Below are positions 33,746 through 46,913 of a stretch of 64,000 nucleotides of DNA, one piece after another; position 1 is the first letter of the stretch; every line of letters begins with the position of its first letter. The notes beneath the pieces were generated by a model that was not told the origin of the DNA, did no database searches, and was given only the letters and a program-made list of their open reading frames with translations. Position numbers and translations under genes: made by a program. The DNA is from Mobula birostris (Eukaryota): assembly GCF_030028105.1 (NCBI RefSeq), contig NC_092393.1:21927825-21991824 (forward strand), written 5' to 3'.

Positions 33746-36008
33746 AAGAAAATGACTAATAGTTTTGATTCCAAAGGATTGCCCAGAAATTCATTCATTC
33801 TTATTGGCTGAAAAATCACAGTAATGCTTGTAAATCTAATTCTTGCCAACTATCGTCTGCCAGCCCTTGTCTCACCCTTTCATCTCACCTCCTTGTACTG
33901 GTCATTTCCCCAATAGTGTCTCAGTTCCAGAATCTCAACCCAAAATCGCAACTATCGCTTTGCCTCAGCAGATGCTGCTTGACTTGTTGAAATCGTCCAC
34001 ATGTTTGCTTTCTGCTCAGGACTCTGGCATCTACAGATCCTTACACCTCCACCTTATATCTGAACCATTTTCCCAAATTACATGTCAGGTTGAAATCTTC
34101 ACATGATGATGGAGATGATTTCAGGGGAAAAAAATCTGCTCCAGTGAATACAAACAACCAGGTCAACACTATATAAAGAATTCTTTTAAAATTATAATTC
34201 AAGGAAAGTGCAGATCAAAGAATTGGAAATAAACACATAATTCTAGCTTTTGTAATACAAACATTTATCACCCATGCCTCTCTGGTAAAAAGAAATCATA
34301 TGGTACACCCAACAGTTATCTACAACAAATCAGTCTGCACTTTCAATAAAATAAACCATGTCTGACCTCTTTACTTCCACTGCTGAAGTGTTTGAATGGA
34401 TAATACTACTTTCCCTAAAAGCATGATGAAATGTTCACTGATTTACACATCATTAATCTGGCAATCCAGACGTTCCAACAGCCCACACTGCAATCTACAC
34501 TCCCACCACACTCCCACCCATTGGTTAAAATTGACAGCCTTAGTGTTTAGAAGTAGTACATTTCCATCAGATTATATGACATTTCTAAGAACAAGTATTC
34601 ATTCAGCCATTTATCTGGACTGTGCATGCGTGCATTCGCTTTATCTGAAGAAATTCATTGTACACTTGTGGATTATATCTCTGTCTCTACAAGACAGTAG
34701 AGATATGTTCAAATGAATTCTGCCTGGTAGCAGAGCTTCAATAACTTCTGTCTATTTCAGGTTGGCACCTTGCCCAACTTGAAACTTGAGGTAGCTGTTA
34801 ACAAACTACCCATTTGCAACGTGGCCCATTAACATGTTTTTAATGACCACAATTAATGCCAACTAATATTGAAGGATTTATTATTCTCCTGTTGGCTAAT
34901 ATAACCAACTTGCATAAGATGTGTCAGAAACAAGCATGAATTATTAAAACAAAATACATATTTTATCACTGCTAATTCTTAAGATTCCTTGATAAATATA
35001 TTGTTTATTGAATTATTCTTTGCATGAGAATTGACTCGATAGGTTATTGTAGAATTTACTTAAGTACCCTCTTTATTTGACTGTTTTTCTTTGGAATACT
35101 GCAATTATATCTGCAGGATAATGGCTGATAATGGTTTTCAAGTGAGCTATGCTTTACAGAGGTGCCATCGAGTAACAAGAGCAAAGCACTAATATTTCAC
35201 CTATAACTTGAATGCATGTGTTCATTGCATTCTCATTGACCTTTCGTTGATTAACATTTTCTGCAAGGTACAGGTTCTATTTGCCTTAGTCGCCATTTGT
35301 CCATCTTTCCTTACTCACCTTTCACCCTTCTTTTTTAGAAGATGCTGATTATTGATGGAGCTTGACTCTGGTGCCTGAGATTATTATCGTGCATTGCCAC
35401 CACTTTAGTCATGACCTGAACATTTTAAGTAATGCAATGAAGGACAGACTGAGCTCAATCTCAACAAAGCATTTCCCATTAATTGATTACTGCATAGCAA
35501 GTGAAATGATAAAATCTAACCTTTGAAATACTCGGCAACACACAAAAAATGACGGAGGAGCTCAGCTGGTCAGGCAGCATCTATTGAAGTGAATGAACAG
35601 ACAACGTTTTGGGCAGAGACCTTTCTTCAGGGCTGGAAACAAAGGGTGATGACGCCAGAATAAAAAGGTGGGGGGAGCAGAAGGAGATGAGCTGGAAGGT
35701 GAAGGTGAAGCCAGGTGGGTGGGAAAGGTCAAGAGCTGGAAAATCTGATAGGAGAGGAGAGTGGATGGTAGGAGAAAGAAAAGGAGGAAAAGACCCAGGG
35801 GGAGGTGATAGGGTGAAAAGAGGTAAGCGACCACAGTGGGGAATAGAGGAAGCGGGAGGGGGAAGGAAATATTATTTTACTGAAGGAAAAATCAATATTC
35901 ATGCCATCAGGTTGGAGGCTACACAGATGGAATATAAGATATTGCTCCTCCACCCTGGAGTGGGGGGGGAGTGCGCGGGGGTGCTAATCCAGGCACAAAA
36001 GGAGGCCA

Positions 36009-36682
36009 CACACATAAAAGTTGCTGGTGAACGCAGCAGGCCAGGCAGCATCTCTAGGAAGAGGTAAAGTCGAAGTTTCGGGCCGAGACCCTTCGTCAGG
36101 ACTAACTGAAGGAAGAGCTAGTAAGAGATTTGAAAGTGGGGGGGGAGGGGGAGATCCAAAATGATAGGAGAAGACAGGAGGGGGAGGGATGGAGCCAAGT
36201 GTTGGACAGTTGATTGGCAAAAAGGATATAAGAGGATCATGGGACAGGAGGCCTGGAGAGAAAGAAAGCGGGGGGGGGGGGAGCCCAGAGGATGGGCAAG
36301 GGGTATAGTGAGAGGGACAGAAGGAGAAAAAGGAGAGGGAGAGAAAGAATGTGTGTTTATAAATAAATAACGGATGGGGTACGAGGGGGAGGTGGGGCAT
36401 TAGCGAAAGTTTGAGAATTCAATGTTCATGCCATCAGGTTGGAGACTACCCAGACAGAATATAAGGTGTTCTTCCTCCAACCTGAGTGTGGCTTCATCTT
36501 TACAGTAGAGGAGGCCATGGATAGACATATCAGAATGAGAATGGGACGTGGGATTAAAATGTGTGGCCACTGGGAGATCCTGCTTTCTCTGGCACACAGA
36601 GCGCAGGTGTTCAGTGAAACGATCTCCCAGTCTGCGTCGGGTCTCGCAATTAAAATGTGTGGCCACTGGGAGATCCTGCTTT
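36009..36682 (-). mobile_element. Younger Penelope-like element (GIY-YIG C-terminus, pLTR, hammerhead)
   Basis: ETRRRLGDRFTEHLRSV...PVATHFN...LEEEHLIFCLGSLQPDGMN; pLTR with hammerhead. Confidence 0.85.
36068..36103 (-). ncRNA. Minimal type I hammerhead ribozyme motif
   Basis: agtc-CTGACGA-AGGGTCTCGGCCC-GAAAC-TTC-gact: stem I agtc/gact, both core boxes intact. Confidence 0.75.
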
Positions 36683-37639
36683 GACCGACATGTCAGAACG
36701 GATATGGGAATAGAAATTAAAATGTCTGGCCGCCAGGAAGTTGGGGTTTTGGAATTGATCAGTGCTGTTGGAATGATCAGCATTAATGCTCAGCATTTAA
36801 TACTGATCTACTGATCATATACATTATGTATACGATCATGAGCACTGTGCATGAATATTAGGCTACCTCGTGTCAAAAAGGTTCACAAATTGCTTTAGTG
36901 TTTGTATAGGTGTTACTGAGGGAGATTGTGGGTAAATGATGTGGAGGGGGCAGGGAGGGAATGCACTTCACCGCTCATGCTATTTCCCAATTGAAATAAA
37001 GGAGACTACAACATCAGGAACCAGTGCTTTTTGGCATTGTTTCTATCATTCTGACCACAACATGTGTTTGAAAAGAGAATGAGCACTTGCAAACAAGTAT
37101 TTCAAAATGAAAGTAGAACTGTAATAATGCTGGATTCTGACTTCAGAAGTATTTTGCCTATAAGCATTATCATATTTGTCTTCGGAACTGCAGTGCAAAA
37201 AGAATTCTGGGTCACAGCGATTTTCAGTGCTGTGAACAAGTTTTTTTTGAAAAACAGATCTATGAATACTGTTCCATTGACATCAACAAGTTCTAAAACT
37301 GCATCTCTCTGTGCAAAGTCATTAAATCATGAGCAGTTTTCAATTCCAAACTGTTCAACTGATCAGTCAGAAGCTGTGAAAATTACACTGATGTACCATT
37401 CTTCATTATCTGTGTTCTCTAATTATATAAAAAAGCTGTGGCTAAAAACTTGAGGATGTTGACATTGAATAGTCAGTGAAGTGTTTACTTTTAGGAATCT
37501 AGGACTGAAAGCTGTCAACCATTGGGTGAGCTACATGGAAACTAAGTGAATAACTGCATTTAAAGGGAGTTGGCTATGTACCTGTGTCTCTTTAAAGATA
37601 TTTTATGCAGGTGGAATAGACATGAAGCAGTTACTGAGG

Positions 37640-38100
37640 TCATTGAGAGATTAGTAGTGGAAAGGGTGAGCAGCTTCAAGTTCTTGAGCATCAATATCTC
37701 AGGGGATCTATCCTGGACCAACATAATGATGCAGCTATGAAGAAAGCACACCAGAGGCTCTACTTCATTTGGGATTTGAGGAGAATTAGCATGCCACCAA
37801 GGACAAGGACTCTGGCAAATATCTACAGATGTAACATGGAAAGCATTTTGACTGGTTTTATCACCGCCTGGTATAAAGGCTCAATTGCACAGGATCAAAA
37901 GAGGCCACAGAGTGCTGTAGACTCAGCCAGATCCATCATGGGCACAAACTTCCCCACAATTGAGGACAATTTCAAAAGGCAGTGTTTCAAGAAGGCATTA
38001 TTAAATCCCCTCAGCATCTAAGACACTTCCTCTTCTCATTACCACCACCATGAAGGAGGTACAGGAGCTTGAAGACCCACTTTCAATATTTTACCAGGAT
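37640..38100 (+). mobile_element. Rex/Babar LINE 3' portion
   Basis: ORF 37737-38021 KKAHQRLYF...YRCNMESILTGFITAWY. Confidence 0.8.
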
Positions 38101-38229
38101 TTACAAAGGAGGAATCTTCTGATGAAATGTTGTCTAACTGTACCACCTATAAATCCCATTTTATTGTGATCTTATGCAGACTTCATGCATTTATGGAATG
38201 TAAGGGTTGTTTAAAGGCCAGCATGTACT

Positions 38230-38660
38230 TTTCACTCTATTTGTCCTCGAATAAATGGTCTTGAATTGCTGGTGCATGCTGAAGATACTTACACCGTATC
38301 TGGGTCAGGATCTCAAATTTACATGCTGCAATGAGAACATATTTCAAAATCAGAATTGTGTGTGAATTGGAAGGAATGTGAGAATAAAGTTAATCCAGTT
38401 CACCTACTGCTTTTGAACTCATTAATGGTCAAGGTTGAGAGTATGGGAGGAATTACTGAAGAAGCCTACATACTTACAGGTGGATAGAGTATCAATCAAG
38501 TGGACCTTGTTGGAACTGCATTTGTGCAGGCAAGTGGAGAATCTTCCCATGTTCTGACCTTGTGAAGCTTTGGATATCAGGAGTTGAGTCACTCACTCTA
38601 GGATGCCCAGAATTCATCGTTCTCGTGTATCCATTGTATTTACAGTACATCCACTCTGTC
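38230..38660 (-). mobile_element. Ancient LINE 3' remnant
   Basis: catatttcaaaatcagaattgtgtgtgaattggaaggaa resembles an old shark CR1/L2-type 3' region (recalled). Confidence 0.4.
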
Positions 38661-39194
38661 AGCCATACTTCTGCTTTTTACTGATGCTCGATCCACCAAA
38701 CTTTGTCATTTTATTGGCCCATATTGTGCTTCCCTTCTATAGAGGGCAGCTGGCTGAAAGCATTGCATGGGTCAGCATGCTTCTGTACATCACAGTATGC
38801 CTATACAGCACGCTAGGTATGATTCAAGACAGTGGACAGTGTTACAATTTATAAACCATTAACTTCATTCTTACTTGGACTCTTTGCTCCCACTATTTGA
38901 ATGGGATAGGAATCAACCAGAATGGAAAAAGTTCTCTTTCAAAATTATTTCAATAAATTTTATTTTATAGATGTGTATTGAAAAATTCACTATTTTTTCT
39001 TAATTTTAATATTTTTAAATTAATTTAATTTATTTCAACTGTCTGCCTGTCTTATTATTGCATTCATCATGAGCAGTCTGTTTAAATGTCACCAGGTTAA
39101 ACTACTAAGTGATTGCGTAATCCTTTTAGATATGTTGTTTTTTGCAAAATTTCAGTTGTCCCTCCTTTTCATCTCTCATCTTGTTTCATTACCT

Positions 39195-39490
39195 GGGGTG
39201 GCATGGTAACGTAGTGATCAGCACAACGCTTTACAGTACCAGTGACCTGGGTTCATTTCCTGCCACTGCCTATAAGGAGTCTGTACGTTCACCCCGTGAC
39301 TGCTTGGGTTTCCTCTGGGTGCTCTGGTTTCAAAGGTGTACCAGCTGATGGGTCCAAAGACATACCGGTTGGTAGGGTAATTGGTCTGTAAATTGTCCCA
39401 TAATTAGTCTAGGGTTAAATCGGGGGTTGCTGGGCAATGTGGCTCGAAGGGCCAGAAGGACCTACTCCACACTGTATCTCAGTAAATAAA
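39195..39490 (+). mobile_element. V-SINE (HE1-like)
   Basis: ggcatggtaacgtagtg, gggttcattt, gggtttcctctgggtgctc, aaataaa tail. Confidence 0.8.
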
Positions 39491-39959
39491 AATTTTAAAA
39501 CATGTGCATGAAGGATGTACATATAAAATAAACAGGAGTGCTTCTTTCAAATCCTTAGTTGTAATTGACTTCTAATTGGTAAAAACAAGCAACTCGCATG
39601 GCAGATATTTGAACTTAATACACAGCTATTCTCCAAATTACAAAAAGGGAAGTGCTTCTGAAAAATATTTCTTTGAACAAAATTTTGTAATAGAAAAAGG
39701 GCTGGGTGAAATGAATTATGGCTATTTTGGTGCAGTGTATTCCAGTCAACAGAGGGTGAGGTGTTCATTCATTATGACAAGGAATAGATTTATTGCTCAA
39801 GGACTTGTGCCACGCAGAGGCATCATATCATATCACCCATATATAAATTTAACTTTTGTAATTTAAAGAATAGTGATTAAAAAGAGATGGGTGTGCGTAT
39901 CATACCTGTGGTTGCCATTTAGCAACAAATGGTTAAAAAAAATGCTACCCACCCACATC

Positions 39960-40385
39960 AAATTCAATTTCAAGTTTAAGTTTATTGTCATTCAACCGTA
40001 TACATGTATACCGCCAAACGAAACAATGTTCCACCGGACCAAAGTGATACAACACAGTACATAGAACTCAGACATAGCACATAAGGTAATATTACCACAA
40101 ATAAATTAACAAATAATAAGATGCATTTATGACACAAGTAAACATTATAAACTACTGGTGCTTCACATGTAATGAGACCTTGGTAGTGGCAGCATTCAGT
40201 ACTCTCATGCCCAAGGAGAAGAAGTTGTTTCCCATCCTAACAGCCCTTGTCCTAATGCTGCGGTACCTCTTGCCTAATGGTTAGGGATCAAAGAGATTGT
40301 TTGATGGATGGGAGGGAACATTGACAATGTTAAGGGCCCTACGCATGCAGCGCTCCTGATAAATATCTCAGATAGGTGGAAGAGA
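39960..40385 (-). mobile_element. Rex/Babar-type 3' fragment
   Basis: ttcaagtttaagtttattgtcatt tail; gaagttgtttc...gtacctcttgcctaatgg. Confidence 0.6.
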
Positions 40386-43267
40386 TCCTCCTTCCCCCAA
40401 CTTGCATTTGTGCAAATTATATTGTATTTATACTGCAAGACCTCTCTGAACACAATGAGCATTTTGGCATTGATGCACAAAATTATTCAAGAACCTCAGA
40501 CCTTATCATTAACATTAGACTCAGCTTGCATGTGGAGTCATGCATGGGGAATCAAATTGCTAGATTATATGGGGAGAGCTGGTGTATTTACATCACTACC
40601 CTCGCCCCGTAAAGCCAGAATATATACTAGATAGAAATACCATGCTGCGTTTGGAGAGATATGTCACAGCATATTACCTCAAAACTGCTTATTACTATTT
40701 CACCAGCATGCAATAAATTCAAAAGTGTGCTGCTTAAAAGGACAGGACTATCATATGATGGAATGAATGGTGCATTACAATGCCAATGAAATGTGGCTAT
40801 GTATTACGAAATTGTTTTCTGTAATGCAGCAAGGGACAATTGTTAGGTCCCCTTTAGGTCATTTAGAGGTTAATTGCTGTTGGGGAAATTCTCAGATTAA
40901 TTAAATGGTCTGGCTGAGTCTTAAGGAGACTCAGATAATTACAGTAGATGTTACTTCCAGTTTCCCTATAGATTTGAATTGCCTTTACTTAATTCCAATT
41001 TCTCAAGGTGTGACCAAACTCTGCATGTGAACTATGGCTTTTCATGACAGTTTTATGCTACTGCTGCTGACCACACACAGCCTTTAATGCAGAACTTAAT
41101 TAAACGTATGTGATTATGGCAAGAGCCGCACTTTAGGATTTGAAATTGTAGTACACACTTCAAAGTAAACATCGAAGTGGAATCTCAACACATGCAATTA
41201 GCTGTGTAATTCGAACTTGGTTTGGCTAGAAAGATTTGATTAGTGAATATTCTTAATCCATTTATGTCTATTTAATTAGATATAATTCAGTAGATACATT
41301 TTGTGCAATAATCTCAATCCAGTTATAAAAATCTGTTATAAATGTAAATGCAATTTTTGCATTATTAGTTTCTGGATAATGGTCAATTAATTTGCATGGA
41401 CCATTTAATTTGTGGGTACTACTTATAGTTAGTTTTCTATAAATTACAGTGCATATCTTGTATATCTAAGTATGGATTTTGGTCTGAAAACAAAATATGA
41501 TTTTTTTAATGCTATCTTGAAAATTCTTTCTCATCTCTCAGTAGGCCACCATGTCAGTATGAAATGATTTGGGAAAAGAAGATTATGATGGAAGGATAGT
41601 CTACGGAGTCGAGTCTAATGAGAGAACCAGAACAGACAGCACATTTACAATACCTGCCTGGATACTTTCACATTGGTAATCCAAACATATGGCAGAGCTG
41701 ATATTCATTTGCCGATCCCTTAGATACATCCTCAGGTTTAAATCCATTGGGAAGTGATTTTGGTCCATAGTGGGCATCACACTTGTGGACAACTTATTTT
41801 TTTTAACATTGATAGTTCAAATTTCAGAGTTCAAAGTACATTTATTATCTAAGTATGTATACATTATGGAACTCTGAGATTTCCCTCTTTTTTTAGTGGC
41901 TCCCTATATGGTGACTGAGGACCTGAAAATAGTGAGCATCAGAAGTTCACCCGGACTTCTGAGATCCTTGCGATCTTGCTCTGGGCCTTCAATTCAGCCG
42001 TGTTTTTCTCTGTCTTTTGGTAAGTGTGGCTGCTTTTCAGTTAACCCTCTGATATTCTGGATATCAGAGTAATAACTCACTTTAAGAACACAGTCTTAAA
42101 TTTTTTCTCTCTGCAAATAATCCAAACTATGCATTACTGGAACTGATTTGCAATTGTGCTAGCGAGACTTCTTTCTACAGGCAATTGCCTAAATGCTAGT
42201 TTCCAAGATAGAATAAAGACCTAATCCTCACAGAATTATATCTACAGCTTTTCTAAGCAATATTGCGCCCTCCTTATCAATTCTGTTTGCACCTAGGTTC
42301 ATAATACATAATTTATGCATACTTTGTTTACTACTCCAGCAGCTCTCATCATGGTATAGACCAGGTGTCTGTTTACATTAATTTTTACTGAAGTATATAT
42401 TGGACACCTTGATTTTCACTATTTTAATACTGCTATTTGAAGTTAAGTCCCATTATAATGTTACTCAAAACTCTGACTTTACTAGGATCACACTGTCTTT
42501 ACCCTCTTGGAAATTTCCTATGTTGTGATGAATGAAATTACTTGTTGAAATGTTGAGATTTGCAATTTTCTGTGTAAATCTTTAATAAATAAATAATAAT
42601 AAAAGTTCTCTCACTTTGACCTTAAAAGACACATTGAGGCAAGCCTTTTATTGAAGATGATGTGCTAAATAATGTCTCACCATCATCCTTTCCAAAGGAA
42701 GGATGTAGGCAACTACCAGAAATCTACAGGAAAATAAAGCATTTGCTACTGAGGAAAATGAGATGTGAACCTTCAGGAAAACACAATGGAATGGTTAATG
42801 TCTTGAGCTGCTTGATAGATACATGACTGCTGCTGATGAAATCAAATTTTAATCCTGATATACTGAAAAATTGTGAGAGCAATGCAAAATTATTGTCTAG
42901 TTACCATCCCATTACTAGTGTTGAGAGCTTCACAAAACACAATGGGTGACTAGTAAAGAGTGCAGAGGTGCTTACTGAAAAAAGTTGCTCATGCTTCATG
43001 GATGTGCTGCTAAGAAAATAATGTCTGCAAATATTGGAGTAGTCCGGAATTGAGTAGTGTGGGTTGTAAATTGATGTTGTTGTCCTGGGATTTACTTTTG
43101 ATTAGTAAAAGAAATTTGATAAGAACTTTCGTACAAGTTTTCCCTCTGGGTTGTTCAGCTTTACTTCTGACATAGTCATCTGATTCAGGCATTTTCAACG
43201 CATTGGGCAGGTTATGTACCTGGTCTGCAAAGACACGATGCTTGATAGCAACTTCTGGCCCAACATG

Positions 43268-44273
43268 AACCTCCGCGGTTTAAGATGGTGCTACTGAAGG
43301 CGTGCAACAGCTTACTAGTAGTTGGAAAGCAAAGGAATTTGATTAAAAACATTACTAATAACACTTTTTTTGAAGTAAATTGTGGTAAACTATCAAATCA
43401 AACAATGAAGACGTGAGCGAAAGCAAATTCGCAAGATGCACTGCAAAATCAACGCACTTGGAGTTGGAGCCGTGCTAGTTGGAGTGAACGATTCAGACGG
43501 GGCAGGATAGGACAGAGGAGCTCCGATGCCCATCCAGCATCGGGTAAGAGGGTAGATCATTCCAATTGATTTGGAGAGGTCAAGAATGCCTTCTTTAACA
43601 GCGAAATCTAGGTCCAAAGAGAATCACTTGGTAGCACGTTCTGGACCTGGAGTGCTTCGGCACAGTGAGGCCGGGTCCTAATGCGAGGTACAATATGCTG
43701 TTTGGACAATCTAAATGCCAGCCAGGATAGACTGAAAGGCAGGATGTCGAGTGAAGTTGGATCACTCTGGGCACCGAGCTGATTTGGAGAGGTCAAAAAC
43801 ACATTCTCCGACAGCGGTCTAGGCCTGGAGTTATTCACCACAGTGGGGCCGGGTCCTATTGTGAGGTTTGGACAATCTAAACGCCGGCCCAGATAGTCTG
43901 GGGGCTCCTCTCTTCATGATGCTAAGGCTGTGAGACTGCCCCTGGCTGCTGTGCTTCGTGTCTGCGAACTTTACGGCAGTTTGCCCCACTAATATGATGA
44001 ATTGAGTACCGTGGCTTTGGGCCTACTCTGGGCTGCTCCAGGGATTTGGACCTAAGGACTCAATTTGGAATGCTATTGTAGTTGCTTCTTGTGCTTACAT
44101 GATTTGTTTTGTGTTTTTTTCTCTTTCTCTGCAGGCACTGGAGGTTTGTCTTAATTCTTTTTTAAATTAGGTTCTTTTGGGTTCCTGGTTTTGTGATTGC
44201 CAGTAAACAAACAAATCTCAAGGTTGTATAATTTATACGTTCTTTGATAATAAATGCACTTTGAATCCTTGAA
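43268..44273 (+). mobile_element. Non-coding Rex-tailed retroposon, copy 2, with internal duplication
   Basis: Starts ggtttaagatggtg, ends aatctcaaggttgtata...ttgataataaatgcactttgaa; homologous to 21293-22068. Confidence 0.7.
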
Positions 44274-44479
44274 TGTAATGAAAAACATTAAAGGGAACAT
44301 GTTATGGGTTACTTTTTCCCAAAATGGCCCCAAGTAGCATTTGTTGACAAAGCATGGACATTAGTTCTAATGATCTTATTAGTATTAAAATTGGGAATTT
44401 ATTGGGGTGTAAATGGGTCAGATGAATGTGCAGAGTAAAATTCAAGATGGAGATTTTCAGAATCGAAGAGTCATACAGT

Positions 44480-44680
44480 GCAAAAGCAAATGCTTTGTCC
44501 CACTGAGTATTCATCTTTGCTAATTACATATCCCAACACTCGGTCCATAGCTTTATATGTCTGGACAATTCAAGTGTTTGCCCATATCCTATTTAAATGT
44601 TCTGAGAGTCCACACATCCACGACCCATTCAGTCAATGTATTCCATTTTTCAACAACCCTCTGGACAAAAAAAGATATTA
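44480..44680 (-). mobile_element. CR1 3' fragment
   Basis: FFVQRVVEKWNTL. Confidence 0.6.
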
Positions 44681-46913
44681 TTGACCCAACAACATAGAAC
44701 CAATACAACTTTAAGGCATCTTTTATCTTCATCACAGCAGTTTCTGAACAATCCACTTTAAGGAAGAGAACATTTGTTAATTTTAGGAACATGCTGCTAC
44801 AGCAGGGTTATACCATCGTGAGGTACCAGCATGTTACAAGGATCATTTGCTAAGATAAATGTGCATCTTTCCACTTTCTGAAGTTATATTTTTAAAGTTC
44901 CTGGTTGGTTGTAGTATTGGTTGATTCCAGCTCCAAAACTATTACTGTTCCACCAATATGAATTTAGATCTAGCAATGCAACATTCCACTGGCACAGATC
45001 ACCCAGGGCAATTTGGTCATTTAATGCCAATTTGCATCAGTTTAATAGAAAATGTTCCTGCTGTGTGTTCGCAGCCTGTGGGAATTAGACCAAGACTTTC
45101 TAAACTTATCTCAGGTAAAATCTTTTCAACTATCACAAAGCCTTCCCAGACATAATTGTAATCTGAATATGAAATCATGAAATATTTTGGTTGCGTTATT
45201 TCTGGTTCTAATATTGGAAAAGAAAACCAGTACTGCGATAGGTAATTACACAATAAAATGCAATTGTTTCTTTTTATTTTGATTCTGGGAGGCAAGACAA
45301 GCTTTGTAACTTCAGTGTGGGTTAAAAGCCCTCATTTAGTATTTCTAAATGTGGGAACATCTTAATCTGAAGAATTATCTTTGAATCATAATCTTTATTA
45401 ACTATTAACTGGAGTAGAATTATAACATTGCCACAGTTAACTAAACCTAATTTGTTTTCCATATCACCAAAAGATCTTCTTATATAATGTGAGCATTAAA
45501 AAGGGTTGAAGTGAGTAGTTTTACCACCAACTCTCTGAGAGCTCCAGACTTGACCTTTACATATAAGCCTTAATGTTTCAACCTTGAGGAATACTAGATT
45601 GCAGAGAACATTACAGATGAATCTGATTATGTTTAGTATTCAACTTCCATAACTTCTGGCGTAAGATATGGAATAACCAACAGAAGCAGTAATATCTGCC
45701 TCCTTATCACCTCTGCCTCCTGGGATCACTACCATTATTAGCAACGACCACCGTGCCAACATGAAAATAAAGGTTGGATCAATCTTTTGAAGAGCCATTT
45801 AATGATTGATCATAAATAACTTATATTGACCTCATATACCTGATGGTAAACATTCCAAAATTAAAATCAAAAGAACATAAATGTATTTTTTTCCATTTTC
45901 TTTGAACACATTGAAATCATTTTTTGTTCAACCGGCTGAATTTTTGTATGATCTAATTTCCTGTGCTTCTCACACCAAAGGGTGATCTAAAGTTTGCGTT
46001 GTATGCCACAACTCTCCCTTCAAGAAACTAGTGATAGGTCCTGATGTTTACATTGGTGGTAACACTGTGAGAAAATGTGAGAAAATGTCTGCCCACCCTC
46101 CCCAATTATCCCTGCTCCCAGTATCTAATTTTACATGTTCCTGCTTATGATTTGCTATTCTCACTCAATATGTTTTAAACAGTTAATCAGTCATTATAGT
46201 ATTGTATTCTGTGATAACCATCTGATTTGGCAAAAGTAGTTAGAAAGGTTTCCCTATTAATGATGATGAAAGACAAAGATTTATTGGTCAATGCTATTTC
46301 ATCAAATGTGCCTACAGAATTGTAGAAAACAGTCAGTAGTAATCTGCAGTCCATTGGAGAAAAGAGCATTCTATGCCCCCTGAGTTACAAGGAGTTCTGT
46401 AGGGCATGCCACCATGAATCCTGGAAATGTAGTTTCCACACACTGACTTTAACGATCCTCATGCTGATTACATATTTTTTTTTTATTGCCAATTGATGGT
46501 GATGTTGCCCTAGACAACAGTCAAACAAAATTGTTTTATTACATTGTATTTTCTTTATCATTTTGACCGCATATATTCTCCATGAACCTTGGAGTACAAA
46601 GAATCACTTATTCCTGCGATACCAAGAATAATTTAATATTTGGGTTCGGAGTTGACAGAAATAATTCCATGATCTGATGCTCTCAGGAGAAACTTATGTC
46701 TCGCTTTACCTGTCTCCCACCTATCTGTTGCCCATCTCCACTCCTCCTACTCCCCTACTTGGTTTCTTCAGTCTGTATCCCTTCACAAATCATTAGCCCA
46801 CTGCTACTTCACAGCCCGCTCCCCACTTTACTCTGGGAACTTCCCTCTCCACTCTCAGTATTGATATTGGGCTTGAACCTGAAATACTGAAAATTTCTTT
46901 CTCTACATGCTGG

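Larger units (their letters stand above)
35535..36750 (-). mobile_element. Older Penelope-like element interrupted by a younger one
   Basis: EEQYLIFHLCSLQPDGMNIDFS; the sequence breaks at 36008 and resumes at about 36683. Confidence 0.8.

Noticed and set aside
36137-36400. G-run clusters (G-quadruplex potential)
   Set aside because: An intrinsic purine-rich part of the Penelope-like 3' region, not locus-specific
37064-37453. 129-aa ORF as a host exon
   Set aside because: No domain similarity or clear splice signals; consistent with a chance ORF
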